A stretch of DNA of 64,000 nucleotides from assembly GCF_006345805.1 (NCBI RefSeq), contig NC_043013.1, positions 24,552,001 to 24,616,000 of the forward strand, in the 5' to 3' direction. The stretch comes from Octopus sinensis. Taxonomy: Eukaryota. Made by a program: the position numbers and the translations under genes. Positions 39,811 through 52,570 of this stretch are shown piece after piece; within the stretch, counting starts at the first letter, position 1; each line of letters starts with the position of its first letter. The notes beneath the pieces were generated by a model, which worked only from the letters and a program-made list of their open reading frames with translations, had not been told where the DNA came from and did no database searches.

Positions 39811-39888
39811 AGGTTATCCAGCACGATTCAAACCCACATCTCTTTGATTCCGCGACAATACGCTAGCCATTTACACCAACGTACCACC
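39811..39888 (-). pseudogene. tRNA-like sequence (SINE head or tRNA pseudogene)
   Basis: TGGTGTAAATGG A box, GGTTTGAATC B box and a downstream T6 run; acceptor stem pairs poorly. Confidence 0.5.
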
Positions 39889-39940
<52 letters not shown>

Positions 39941-40016
39941 TTATACACGGAGAGGAGACCGCCATACAGACTTCTAACATGCGGAAAGGGGACAGTTAAA
40001 TAGTTATAATTATATA

Positions 40017-40058
<42 letters not shown>

Positions 40059-40504
40059 TGAATGGAAAATGTCAACTCAATATAGTGAAAGATTGGATGT
40101 TTTCATATATACATATAAATACATACAAACAAACACACACACACACATATATATATATATAGGAAATGAGACAAATGCTCAAGATGTTATTAAATCATTT
40201 ATATCTTTATATCTCCTGAGCGTCCAATAATACTATATTTGTTCTACGTCCTCGCGTTGTTGTGTTTTTTGTGCTTTCTTGTTTGGATTAACTTTATATA
40301 TATATACATACATACACATGCATACATATATATACACACATACCCATACAAACGTACATACCTGTGTGAAGGATGCATATACGCACGTACATATATACAA
40401 ATCCACACATAAATATACATACACACACACACACACAACACACACACACACACACACCACACACACACACATATATATATATTATATATATATATATATA
40501 TAAT

Positions 40505-40547
<43 letters not shown>

Positions 40548-40636
40548 TATATATAACAATTGCAGCGTGGAAAGTGTTTATAAGCCATTTAAGAAACACA
40601 CAAAACCGTTAGATTCACTTCAACATTTAAATTTTA

Positions 40637-40687
40637 TTTGTCAAAATATTTTCGTCGCTTTGAGACCGTGACCTCTTCACTGACAAA
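40637..40687 (-). ncRNA. Variant type I hammerhead-like motif in a Penelope-type terminal repeat (40557-40710)
   Basis: tttgtca GTGAAGA g-gtc..gac GAAA atat TT tgacaaa: 7-bp stem I and palindromic stem III, but C3 is replaced by G. Confidence 0.55.
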
Positions 40688-41173
40688 GCTTCGTGCTGCA
40701 CGAAGCTTTTGCGCAGTTCAGACGCATTCCTATCTATCTCATCTCCTATTCTTTCTCTTATCAAAGAATCTTCTTCCAGCGTTCGCTACCTTACCTCTTC
40801 TGAGGCCTCCCTGTATGTATTCGTTTGGTTTGGTTTGTTGTATGTCCTGTTTTTGTTATCAACTTTGACCCTCCGCAAATCCCAAATTTTATTTTGGTTC
40901 GCGGGAGCAACTGCCTTCAAAGTCTTATCTTGTCTTTCATTGCTCGAAATAAGGAGTAGGAGGATAGCCGGCGACTGATGAAGGGTCGTTTTTTTATATT
41001 ACTTGTCCTGTTTTCCATTGGTTTCTCTTGTTCTCTGCGTACCCAACGTTATTTTCGTAGTTCATATTGTTTACGTTTTGTGACATCCTGTACTCATATA
41101 TGCATACCTATATACAAACATATGTATGTACGTACGTCTGTGTATATATGCATATATATATATACGTATGTGC

Positions 41174-41208
<35 letters not shown>

Positions 41209-41311
41209 TACATATATATATATACATATATATACATACATATATATATATACATATATATACATACATATATATATATATACATATATATACATACATA
41301 TATATATATAC

Positions 41312-41358
<47 letters not shown>

Positions 41359-41475
41359 TATACATAGATATATATATACATATACATAGATATATATACA
41401 TACATATACATAGATATATATACATACATATACATAGATATATATACATACATATACATAGATATATATACATAT

Positions 41476-41550
<75 letters not shown>

Positions 41551-41844
41551 TATATATAGATATATACATATACCGCTATATATATGTGTGTGTGTGTGTG
41601 TGTGTGGTGTGTGTGTGTGTATAAAATACAAAATGGGACAAGAACGCAAAACATCCGGATGTTGCACGGACGGCGATCAGACTAAGAAAGAAAGAACAGG
41701 CTAGGTTGACCGGCGGTTACGTGGGAAGAGAAGACTGAGAGAAGTAGAAACAGAGGGATAGAAGAATTAAGGAGGGGCGAGAAAAAAGGACAGTGACACA
41801 CATACATAAATATATATACATACATACATACATACATACATACA

Positions 41845-41877
<33 letters not shown>

Positions 41878-41964
41878 CTACATATACACATACATAGATA
41901 TACATATACATATACACATACATACATATACATACACACATACATACATATATAAATATACATA

Positions 41965-42001
<37 letters not shown>

Positions 42002-42300
42002 CTACATAAACACACATATATATATACATCTACATACACACACATAATATATATATACATCTACATACACACACATATATATATATATACATCTACATAC
42101 ACACACAGATATATATATACATCTACATACACACACACACATATATATATATATACATACACACACACATATATATATACATACACACACATATATATAT
42201 ATATATACATACACACATACATACATATATATTTATACATACACACACAGACATATATATATATATACATACATACAAACACACACACACACATACATAC

Positions 42301-42331
<31 letters not shown>

Positions 42332-44239
42332 ATATTGCACTTAGTACTTTGTTCAATGTAAAGTAATTTGTTCTTTGATGTAACCTACTGTTTGATTCAA
42401 TATTACAGTTTTGGTATTAATTCAACTAGAAAGCAGACGCCCATAAAAGAGAGCTACAAGTAATAAACAGTTCTTCCAACAGATAAATGGAATCATTAAC
42501 GTAATAAAAGATGGTACATGTAATAAAATATAGAAAGGAGGAATGAACAGCTGAGTTTATAAGGGCGGGAACACTGAAAAAAGGCCATTTAAAATAATAT
42601 GTAAGAACAAATTAAAATATTGACATCTGTGTCTGAACTGAAACCATTTCAGAGTGAATTCAACGAGAAGTCAGTAATTATAACAAAACTACTCTGTTAA
42701 GAAGGAATGAGATGCAGTGATGTTAATACTTTTCTTACCAGACTTTAGCAAATGAATGAAACTCTTCCGGTTTAGAATACACACTAAATTTCACAAAAAC
42801 TGCAGAACAGCAGACCGTAATAAAACAATAATTGTTTGAAATTCTGGTTGAAGGCCAGCAATTTTAAGTGGGACGTGGGTAGTCGAACATATCGACCTAG
42901 TATGTGACTGGTACTTTATTTAATTGTCCCCGGTGGAATGAAAGCAAAATTAGCCTTGATGAGATTTGAACTCAGAATATATAGAGCAGTAACAAATACT
43001 GCATGGCAATTTGTCCGACGCGCTAACGAGTCGGCCAATACAACACAAACAAAAATGATCATAACAATCCTTTCTTTAGTTGCGACAGAGGCCCGACTTA
43101 CAATACAAAACATCTCAAACAAAAGCCATTACAAAGCATATATCTGAGTGCATGTATGGTATATGCGTGTGTGTGTACATAGGAGATGCGGGCAAACACG
43201 CAATGGTAAATATTTAGGCAGGTTAAATTAAATGCACAAAACAAAAACCACATTGATAGGCCCTGATATGGTTGAAGTCCCCATACAAGCAGAGAGATTT
43301 CTACCCTGTAGCACCAGTCTAGCTGGCCTTCTTTTCATTTTCACTATAGTTAGTAGATCAATTTACATTGACTGAGTTTCCTGTTCCTTTCAAGGTGAAA
43401 TCAAAGGTCATCCAAGTATCCATAAATCGAAACAAATAACGTCCTAGTGAGAAAAAGCGTAGTGTACCAGACATGTAAGTCTTCGTATCCTGAGAAAAAT
43501 ATATTTTGAACTTCTTCAAGCAAGTGTGCTCCAAGATTATGACGACAAAATGTTTCTGTTGGTTCCATCAAGTTTTCTTTAACATTTGCATTCTGTTGTT
43601 CTGTCAATGAGTTCACAATCGATAGATTTCTAGCTTTTGCCCGTTTGTTCTCACAGTCACAACCTGATACTTATAGGATTTTAGTAATGATAAATTTACA
43701 AATCTCTTTGCTACTCAGCACCTCTACTGCCTCATCCTTTTAAATATTTTCCTCTTATAAATCTCCTCTCCTTTTCTGTCAAGTATTACTGCTAATTTTT
43801 AAATTCTAAATTAATTTTCATAGTTCATGGGTTTTTTTATTATATTCATTTTTATATCAGTTCAAAGACACACATTTTCTCTACGATTTACGATAATAAA
43901 AAATGCGACATATTTCAATTTGGTCTGATGCTTAAAGAAACAGGCCTCATAGATGATTAAAAAAAAAAAACTCCTACTACTTTTATAGTTTAGCTCCAAG
44001 TCAGCTCTGGTGAAGCTGCTGCTCTAAGATTAGAAGCTTTCCAAAAATGACAATTCTACCATTTCCCCTCATATGGTACCTCTAATGCTACATTGTTCAA
44101 TATAACCCCCTTTTTTTTTTATAAAACAGAGAATTTGAATTGAGTGAGATTTACTTGCTACTTCTACATCATTGACCTTATGTAACTTAACATATCCTTC
44201 AAACAGGGGTCACACAGGATTAAAATGAGAATGAAATAA

Positions 44240-44565
44240 GAGAAAAAGCATGGTTTATAATAGATTCTGTGAATTATAAGAATGTACATAATGTACATAT
44301 CTGGAGTGAAGGACGTCGTCACACAAAGCTACGATGGGCCAGTCATGTCGCAGGGTTCACAGACAATCGGTGGACCCGTGCAGTTGTCGATTGGCACCTG
44401 CGCGAACGAAAGAAACTACTCGGAAAAGCTCCAATCAGGTGGGAAGATGATTAAAAAAAATGTTTGGAATAACGTGGAGAAGAATGGCGTGAGCACGAAA
44501 GGAATGAAACGAATGTTGTGGCCAGTGGAGCCGGCTCTTTACAGACAACCTGGTCAATCCAGATG
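44240..44565 (+). mobile_element. RTE-type LINE 3' fragment
   Basis: KLRWASHVAGFTDNRWTRAVVDW..GKAPIRWEDD. Confidence 0.8.
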
Positions 44566-44984
44566 GCATAAATATTTATTACATAATCGGTTAATGTGGG
44601 TAAATAAACGGTTAACAGCAGAGGAATGCAATCAAAAGCATATTTCGATATATTTACATCAAAAACAGAAAAGATGTTTTAAAAAACTTCTATTATATCG
44701 TGAATGCAGCTTTCTCTTGCATTATTCTTCAATCAATAATATATATATAGGTTTCTTGCACTTTAATATTATCTAGCACTTCTTCCATGCAATTTACATC
44801 CTGGCTTTTCTCCAATAATAATCTTCGTATCATAAAAAACATAAAACATACATTCTGGAAATCAGTCAAAAGGTTATGTGAGGCTAAAATGTGAAATACT
44901 GCTTTCAGATATAAGGCCAGTTAATGGGGTTGTTCCAGACACAGGACACACAATATAGAATAATCAAACATATACATATATATA

Positions 44985-45042
<58 letters not shown>

Positions 45043-45076
45043 CGTATACTGTATACATATATATATGTACATATGT

Positions 45077-45138
<62 letters not shown>

Positions 45139-45229
45139 TACATATATATATATATATCATACATATATATATATATATATAACATATGTAACATATATAT
45201 ATACATATATATATACATATATATACATA

Positions 45230-46275
45230 TTCATAGTGACCCTTTCAGATATGCCCTCAGTTGCTAAAATGGCCACCCTTGCTAGCTATGCAAATGGCAC
45301 AAATGTCTCCCACACAATACAAAACCCTGAAAATATTGCACATCTGCAACAGGAGCTGGATACAATATATAGGTGACTGAGGACAACAACATGCAGTTTA
45401 ACGCAGGTAAGTTCCAGGCCCTGGGCTACCGGCACACAAAGGTAAACGACATGCATACAGACTATAACACTGACCCAGGAAGAATTGCAATCCCTGAGTC
45501 CAAAATCAGTGCGTGACCTGGGCATTGACATGAGCAATGATGCATCTTCCAAGTGCATATTACTAATCTGGTGATAAAAAGCAGACGGCTAGCTGGATGG
45601 ATTCTCCGAACTTTCAGAACAAGAGAGAAAGAGAAACTGATGGTCCTGTGGAAAACTTTCGTCCTCAGCTGCTTGGACAACTGCTCCCAACTATGGTCAC
45701 CACACAATATAAAACTAACAGCAGAACTCGAAGCAATTCAAAGAAGCTACACAAAGAAGATCCTCTCAATGCAACATATCAGCTACTGGGAAAGACTGAA
45801 AGTATTAAACCTCTTCTCCCTAGAGCGAAGGCGGGAGAGATATGCGGTGATATACATCTGGAAAATCTTGGAAGGTCTCGTCCCAAACTTTGGCATTCAA
45901 AGTTACCCCAACGGCAGAACGGGGCGCCACTGCATTGTGCCAAAGATTCCAACATCACCATCAAAATACAGGACCAGATACGGCAACAGCTTGGGTTTCA
46001 GAGGACCACAGCTCTTTAACATCCTCCCTAAATGCCTGAGAGACTTGCATGGTGTGGATGTGGGTTTCTTTAAAACTAAACTGGATCTCTTCTTGTCGGG
46101 GTCCCAGATGAACCTACCTCACGACAGGAGACACAGATGCGGACAGCGGCATCAAACTCCCTTGTTGATCAAGTGCCACGTATCAGAGGTGGATTCACAT
46201 ATTAGTGTAGCTCATTCAACGGTGGTGCCCCAGCATGGCCGTGGCCTTCGGGCTAAAACATTTTAAAGGATTTAA
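45230..46275 (+). mobile_element. CR1 LINE 3' fragment
   Basis: SYANGT, VRDLGI, LDNCSQLWSP, LFSLERRRERY, FKTKLDLFL; 3' stem-loops. Confidence 0.9.
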
Positions 46276-46344
46276 GGATTTATACATATGTATGCATATA
46301 CATATATATACATATGCATTTATATACATATACATATATATACA

Positions 46345-47015
46345 TAGAACCTTTAGAACAAGAGACCAGGAAACCATGATGGTCCTCTGGAAGACACTTG
46401 GCCTAAGCCACTTTGACTATTGCTCTCAGCTATGGTCACCATCCAGTGTCAAGTTGATCACAGAACTTGAGGCGATCCAACGAAGCTACACGAAGAAGAT
46501 AGCCTCTGTGCAGCATATAAGCTACTGGGAAAGACTCAAGAGATTAAGACTCTATTCCTTAGAGCGTAGGCGAGAAAGATATGCCATAATATACATCTGA
46601 AAGATCCTAGAAGGACTTGTCCCAAACTTTGGCATCGAGAGTTACACAAATGCCAGAACTGGGGGCCACTGCGTGGTGCCAAGGACTCCAAATTTGCCAT
46701 CAAGATGTAGGACAAGATACTGTGATAGCCTGGGCTTCAGAGGCCCACAGTTCTTCAATATCCTCCCGAAGAACCTGAGGGACCTGCATAGGGTGGATGT
46801 AGATGTCTTTAAATTAGGACTGGATCTCTTCCTGTCAGGTGTCCCAGATGAACCAACTTCACGGCAGGAGGTGCAGATGAGGGCAGCTGCATCGAACCCT
46901 CTCATGCACCAAATGGCAGTTGCTAAAAAGCATTCGTGAAGTAAAATCATGTAGCAACACCAAATGGCGGTGCCCCAGCATGGCCACAGCTCGTGAGCTG
47001 AAACTAGATAAAATA
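46345..47015 (+). mobile_element. Second CR1 LINE 3' fragment
   Basis: FDYCSQLWSP, LYSLERRRERY, GVPDEP; 3' end GGCGGTGCCCCAGCATGGCCACAGCTCGTGAGCTGAAAC. Confidence 0.9.
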
Positions 47016-47404
47016 AAAAAATATATATATACATGTATATACATATATATACATACATATATATACATATCTTTATATATATACATATATATATATACAT
47101 ATATATATATACATATATATACATATATATATATACATATATATATATATACATATATATATACATATATACATATATATATATACATATATATACATAT
47201 ATATATATATACATATATATACATATATATATATACATATATATACATATATATATATAACATATATATATCATATATATATATACATATATACATATAC
47301 ATATATATACATATATATACATATATATACATATATATATATACATATATATATACATATATATATATACATATATATATACATATATATACATATATAT
47401 ATAC

Positions 47405-47446
<42 letters not shown>

Positions 47447-47460
47447 ACATATATATATAC

Positions 47461-47491
<31 letters not shown>

Positions 47492-47553
47492 ATACATATA
47501 TATTATACATATATATATATATATACATATAATATATATATATATATATATAC

Positions 47554-47604
<51 letters not shown>

Positions 47605-47748
47605 TATATATATTATATATATATACTTTCAAACATATATGGGATGGCCATAATAGGACATCCGACTCACTAGAAAGAACAGCTAAACTCCAAACCACTA
47701 ATAGTTGTAATTCTGAAATGGAAAGAGAAATAAAAACGTTTACCCTCT

Positions 47749-47834
47749 CCTTTCTGGACTATGCATAGTTTCGGCAATCTTTCGTAAATAAAATAAATTT
47801 ATTTACCACTGGCGTTGCCTCTTCAGCTGAAAAG
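47749..47834 (-). ncRNA. Type I hammerhead ribozyme, canonical core
   Basis: cttttcag CTGAAGA ggcaa..ttgcc GAAAC tatgcata GTC cagaaagg: 5-bp stem II base, palindromic ACTATGCATAGT stem III, GUC site, one stem I mismatch. Confidence 0.85.
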
Positions 47835-48073
47835 CCATGGAGTATCATATATTCACGAGGCGATAATAAACATGCCTCGTGTCTATATGCTATAAATTTT
47901 CAAAATCCACCACACTCGCGCGGTTTTCTCAGCAGTAAATATAAACTGCCGATTTAATTTCCAAATTAGCCAAAAAATCATTAACCGTGCGTGTGTGGTG
48001 GATTTTGAAAATTTATAGCATATACACTCAGGGCATGTTTATTATCACCTCGTGAATATATGGTAGTCCTTGG

Positions 48074-48159
48074 CTTTTCTGGGGAAGAGGCAACGCCAGT
48101 GGTAAACAAATTTATTTTATTTACAAAAGATTGCCGAAACTATGCATAGTCCAGAAAGG
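48074..48159 (+). ncRNA. Inverted hammerhead copy with mutated core
   Basis: cttttctg GGGAAGA ggcaa..ttgcc GAAAC tatgcata GTC cagaaagg. Confidence 0.6.
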
Positions 48160-48209
48160 AGAGGGTAAACGTTTTTATTTCCCTTTCCATTTCAGAATTA
48201 CAACTGTCG

Positions 48210-48375
48210 AGAGTCCCAGATGAACCTACCTCACGGCAAGAGGTGCAAATGAGGGTAGCTATATCAATCCCCATGCTTCACCAAGTGCCACATATTAGAG
48301 GAGGCTCTTAGTAATAACAGTTTTGCAAAACGGCGGTGCATCAGGATGGCCACAGCTCTGAGCTGAAACTAGAGA
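48210..48375 (+). mobile_element. Third CR1 3' tip
   Basis: [14 protein letters not shown] and terminal GGCGGTGC..GGCCACAGCTCTGAGCTGAAAC. Confidence 0.85.
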
Positions 48376-48556
48376 AAAAAATCTCACATGATTTTATAAA
48401 TCATATAACAGCGCTTGCGTCCACTCTAGTGGAGGCTTCAGATAGAATTTTTTCAGGAGATTTGTCTCTTTTTATAGTATTATTGAGGGTGTAACGGTGG
48501 AGAGAGATATAAGAAAATAAAAGTGGGTGAGGTATGAGGAGAAAGTCAGAAAGAGT

Positions 48557-48598
<42 letters not shown>

Positions 48599-48736
48599 AT
48601 ACAATTTACTTTACAAAATTGGTCCTTCATCAAGTAGAAGTCATTATAGAAATATTATCAGCCATTCAGTTTGGAGGAGAACTTTGTTATGAAGTATTTA
48701 TATATATATTATATATATTATATATATATATATAGA

Positions 48737-49063
48737 GGGAGAATTCACAAAAAAAAACAGAAGACGAAGACAGGTGGTGTAGAAAACAAACAGATGTATT
48801 AGTATAACGCTTGGGAATTGAAAAAGTCTTTAATGTTTCGAGACTACGCTCTTCCACAGAAAGAAACAAGGAGAGAAAAAAGGAGAGAATGTGTATATCC
48901 TTCTTTCTGTGTTTTTTTCTCTCTGTGTATCTTTCTGTTGAAGAGCGTAGGCTCGAAACGTTAAAGACTTGTTTTATTTATATTTCCTGAGCGCCATACT
49001 AATACAATTGTTCGTTTGTTTTCCACCTGCCTTCGTCTTTTGTCTATTTCCATAAAGCTTCCC
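48737..49063. mobile_element. Inverted pair of Penelope-type terminal repeats in (TA)n with variant hammerhead motifs
   Basis: Diverged inverted arms. Plus strand 48930-48967: tcttt CTGTTGA a gagc gtag gctc GAAACGTT aaaga. Minus strand 48827-48864: tcttt CTGTGGA a gagcgtagtctc GAAACATT aaaga. Confidence 0.7.
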
Positions 49064-49069
49064 GTTATA

Positions 49070-49117
<48 letters not shown>

Positions 49118-49176
49118 GTTATATACCTGTATATATATGTATATATGCATATATATATTATATATATATATGTGTG

Positions 49177-49208
<32 letters not shown>

Positions 49209-49274
49209 GTATGTATATATATATATACACATATATACATGTGTGGGTGGGTGGGTGGTTGTGTTTGTGTGTGT

Positions 49275-49615
49275 GAAAGATGAATGGAGGCATAACGTCT
49301 CCATCACTAATGATCACTTCAAACGCCATAATGTTGACTGGATGTTTGATTTTTATCACTCTCAGTACATGTCCTCAGATTGACACCCAAACGCTTTGAA
49401 ATGTTCTTATTGGAGCTTCCTGCGTGAATGCCAAGCAGTAGAACATGTCGTTTCCAAATTTCTGGCAAAGTGAATTGTGTCATGGTGCTGTTTTTATCAG
49501 AAACGGTGTCCAACAGACCCTATTATACTGTGTAGTCGACAAAATTTAAAACAATGTGCATGCGCAATATCAAAAAATATGAAATGGCGACAATTTACCC
49601 ATTGCACTCTGTGTA
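49275..49615 (-). mobile_element. maT/DD37D-like transposon, internally deleted 5' part
   Basis: Terminus CAGAGTGCAATGGGTAAATTGTCGCC; MTQFTLPEIWKRH..LGVNLRT; [24 protein letters not shown]. Confidence 0.7.
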
Positions 49616-51536
49616 TGTGTATATATGTGTGTGTGCGTGTATGTATAGAGTGTATTACATGTATGTATGTATATTTGTATGTATGTATGTTTGTATTATG
49701 TATTCTCTCTCTCTCTTTCTCACACTCACACATTACACTACAATGAAGAATTAGAAATGTGACTGTTCATTACCAGAAACGCTTCCATTTTCTTAAATAG
49801 ACACTTTACCATTGCTACTTCGAGAAACCACAGTCTGAAATATTTCAGTAGAAATCTAGATTCTTCTGTTATTACTATTGGACATGCAATGGCGGTGGTT
49901 CTCTGGGCTAATAATAGTTTGGCTTCTTTAGCGACTTCAGTTCTTTCAGAAGAGATCTGATATTGAATGAACATATTATTTGATCTTCAATTGAGTTGAA
50001 ATGTTAGACAAGTTGAGTGAGTGGCAAGTAAGTGAAAAGGTAATGGCGACAAGAGATACTGACAGACGTGAAAAGTGGAAAGGGAGAAAAAGATTAAGGA
50101 GATAAGAAGAGTAGAGGAAGTAAGAACAGAAAAAGAAACTGAAAAAGTTGAGAAGAATCGAAGAAAGAAAGAAAATTAAAGAAAATGAACGCAAGAAGTG
50201 AGAGGGGGTAGAAGTTTGAGAGGGAAAGAAATTATGTAAAGAAATTAATGGAAAGAACTAAATTAGTATTTTTTTCTAACTTAGGTACAAAATCAAAACT
50301 TCTTGTAATGGTGACCACTTTACTTTATTAACCCAGAAGGATGAACGACAAAGTTGACCCAGCGTCATTTGAACTCAGAATGCTGATCCCGAATAAATAG
50401 TGTAAGGCATTTAGTCGGACAGTCTCATGATTCTGTAAATCTTCCGAACTGATGTAATCTTATAAGGAATACCTGATACACAAAATAGTTGAACAAAAAG
50501 AAAAATAGGTTCCACTGCACCTGTGACATTTTTTAATCACTTAGAGGAGGAAGAGTCCTCCTATCAATGACGGGAGAGAAGAAGGAAGTTGTTCTCAAAC
50601 TTCTATTATTGTTTATCTCTCAATATCAGCCATAATGTAGCAAGACTTGATGGTCAAAAGCATTCCCACCATGACCATCAAGTCTTGTACGTTTTAATAT
50701 GTTTGAACATCTAAAATTGAATTACCATTTTACAATAATGAGGTGTAAAATAAGAGCGAGAGAGATTTAACTGCTAGAAGTTTGAGAAAATGGATAGAGG
50801 CTCTTTTGTTGGCTCGCGTTCGTAAAAATGTTGAATACTAAAATAACCACTATTGCACCACTCCATGGTGGAATACGTCTTTTTTTTTTTCGAAGACAAA
50901 ATAAAGTTAACTTAAACATAGTTTGTTTTTTTTAAAGACCGTAGTGTGATGTTTGTTGGAGATCTTGTTGCTATTTCCAGACGATCACGTGGAATCTATG
51001 GTCGGCTTCTTATGCGAAAGTGGTCGGTGAATCAACAGAACCGATGGATTTCGGTGATTCAATACATCAGGATGAAGGAGGAATACACCTGAAGAATAGT
51101 TTCTGATTTCTAGATTATTAATTTAAGTTTCCACTTACTACTTACTTTTCATTTCTATCACTAATTTATTTATTTCTAACTCAAACTTTCAAAAAGGACA
51201 AATCATAAATGTTATTTAAATCATTTTATCCAGTGATTAACCGTGGCGTCAATCCTTAACGAAAAATGAATAATTCATCGACTCGCTTTTATTACATCTT
51301 TAAGCTGCAACGGGCAGTAAACAACATTGAAGTGGAAAGTGGTAAGTTTAGGAACCGAGAAAAACAAAGGACAAACCGATGCATTATGAAACATTTAGTC
51401 TACTGGCTCCAGTTCAACTTATTGGCCGCTAAACATTGTTTTGATTCATCATTAGCATTATAGCCGGCATTATGATGGTAAAAAGCGTTCATTGTGAGTT
51501 TAAGAAAATACTTGTTTCGTGATCGACACGCGCGCG

Positions 51537-51576
<40 letters not shown>

Positions 51577-51584
51577 AGTAAGCA

Positions 51585-52050
51585 CATAAATGCAACACAA
51601 GGTGGTAAAGAAATGGTATGCGAATACCGGAGTTAGAATAATATGCTTTTTATCAAAGCTGCAAAAATATCACAAAATAACTGTTACTCTGATTTTCACG
51701 TGTCCATGGATTACTTGAAAAAATAAAGTTGTAATGGCTAACCGCGTTGCTGGTCGGAGTAATTCGAGAAGATGCTTTGACATTGATGTCCCTGAAGGAA
51801 ACTGTTTTGTTGGTGCTGTCTTCGAGTTTGTTGGTATTATGCATGGGTACATATCCTGTAAGCTAGAGGATAACAACAGCTTTGACAGAAAGAGTAGTCT
51901 TTCCTGAACCTGTGGTGGATACATGACATCCCACCAAGAAGTGTATGCCTTCGCTATCCAAGAACAGTAGATAGCCCTAACCTGATCAACAAGAGGGACA
52001 AGGATACCATCAAACTTCCACGTTATGGTAGAAAATGTCGGCTCTGCTAT
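51585..52050. mobile_element. Penelope-type terminal repeat (51585-51705) plus possible decayed RT on the minus strand
   Basis: The terminal part resembles 62631-62741; VSFRDINV weakly resembles the PLE LPFLDI motif. Confidence 0.4.
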
Positions 52051-52419
52051 ACCTATTTCTTTACTACCCACAAGGGGCTAAATACAGAGGTAACAAACAA
52101 GGACAGACAAACGGATCAAGTCGATTACATCGAGCCCAGTGCGTAACTGGTACTTATTTAATCGACCCCGAAAGGATGAAAGGCAAAATCGACCTCGGCG
52201 GAATTTGAACTTAGAACGTAGTGGCTCTGCTATACCAGTGTAGAAGATATCAACTCCATCATTAGCTGCTTCCCCAAAATGTCTACAAGATAGCACCTGC
52301 CCATGAGGCATGATATATTTGCAAAGACTATTTGCAATAGACTATTTACAAAAATTGCCATGACGTATATGTCAGAAGCATGTCAGAACCAACATGTATT
52401 CACACCTTTTAAAAGAAGG

Positions 52420-52570
52420 AACACTGGTAAAACATTCTAGTAAAAACAGTAATTCGGTGCAAATATATTCGACCTGATATTGGTCTCTGTTGGACAGGAA
52501 ACAAAGGTTATGCACTGTGGTGGAAGTTAACTGACCAGCGGATGGGAATGTAAAATCAAAGTTCAAGAAA
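52420..52570 (+). mobile_element. RLE endonuclease fragment
   Basis: RPDIGLLDRKQRLCTVVEVN*PADGNV, homologous to 56880-57000. Confidence 0.65.

Larger units (their letters stand above)
47703..48205. mobile_element. Fold-back Penelope-type element: ~223-bp inverted arms, each with a hammerhead motif
   Basis: 47703-47925 is the near-exact reverse complement of 47983-48205, with a 57-bp spacer. Confidence 0.9.

Noticed and set aside
40940-40990. GAAA...CTGATGAAGGG in type II hammerhead order (similar at 53590-53665)
   Set aside because: Stems I and III cannot be built from these copies; a family consensus would be needed.
43401-43660. Possible mariner relic or host exon on the minus strand
   Set aside because: No diagnostic motif or convincing splice pair.
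41067-47698. Long ORFs rich in YI/HT/CV/MYVC repeats (also near 1.5, 20.7, 26.2, 35 and 63.3 kb)
   Set aside because: They are translations of stop-free microsatellites, not proteins.
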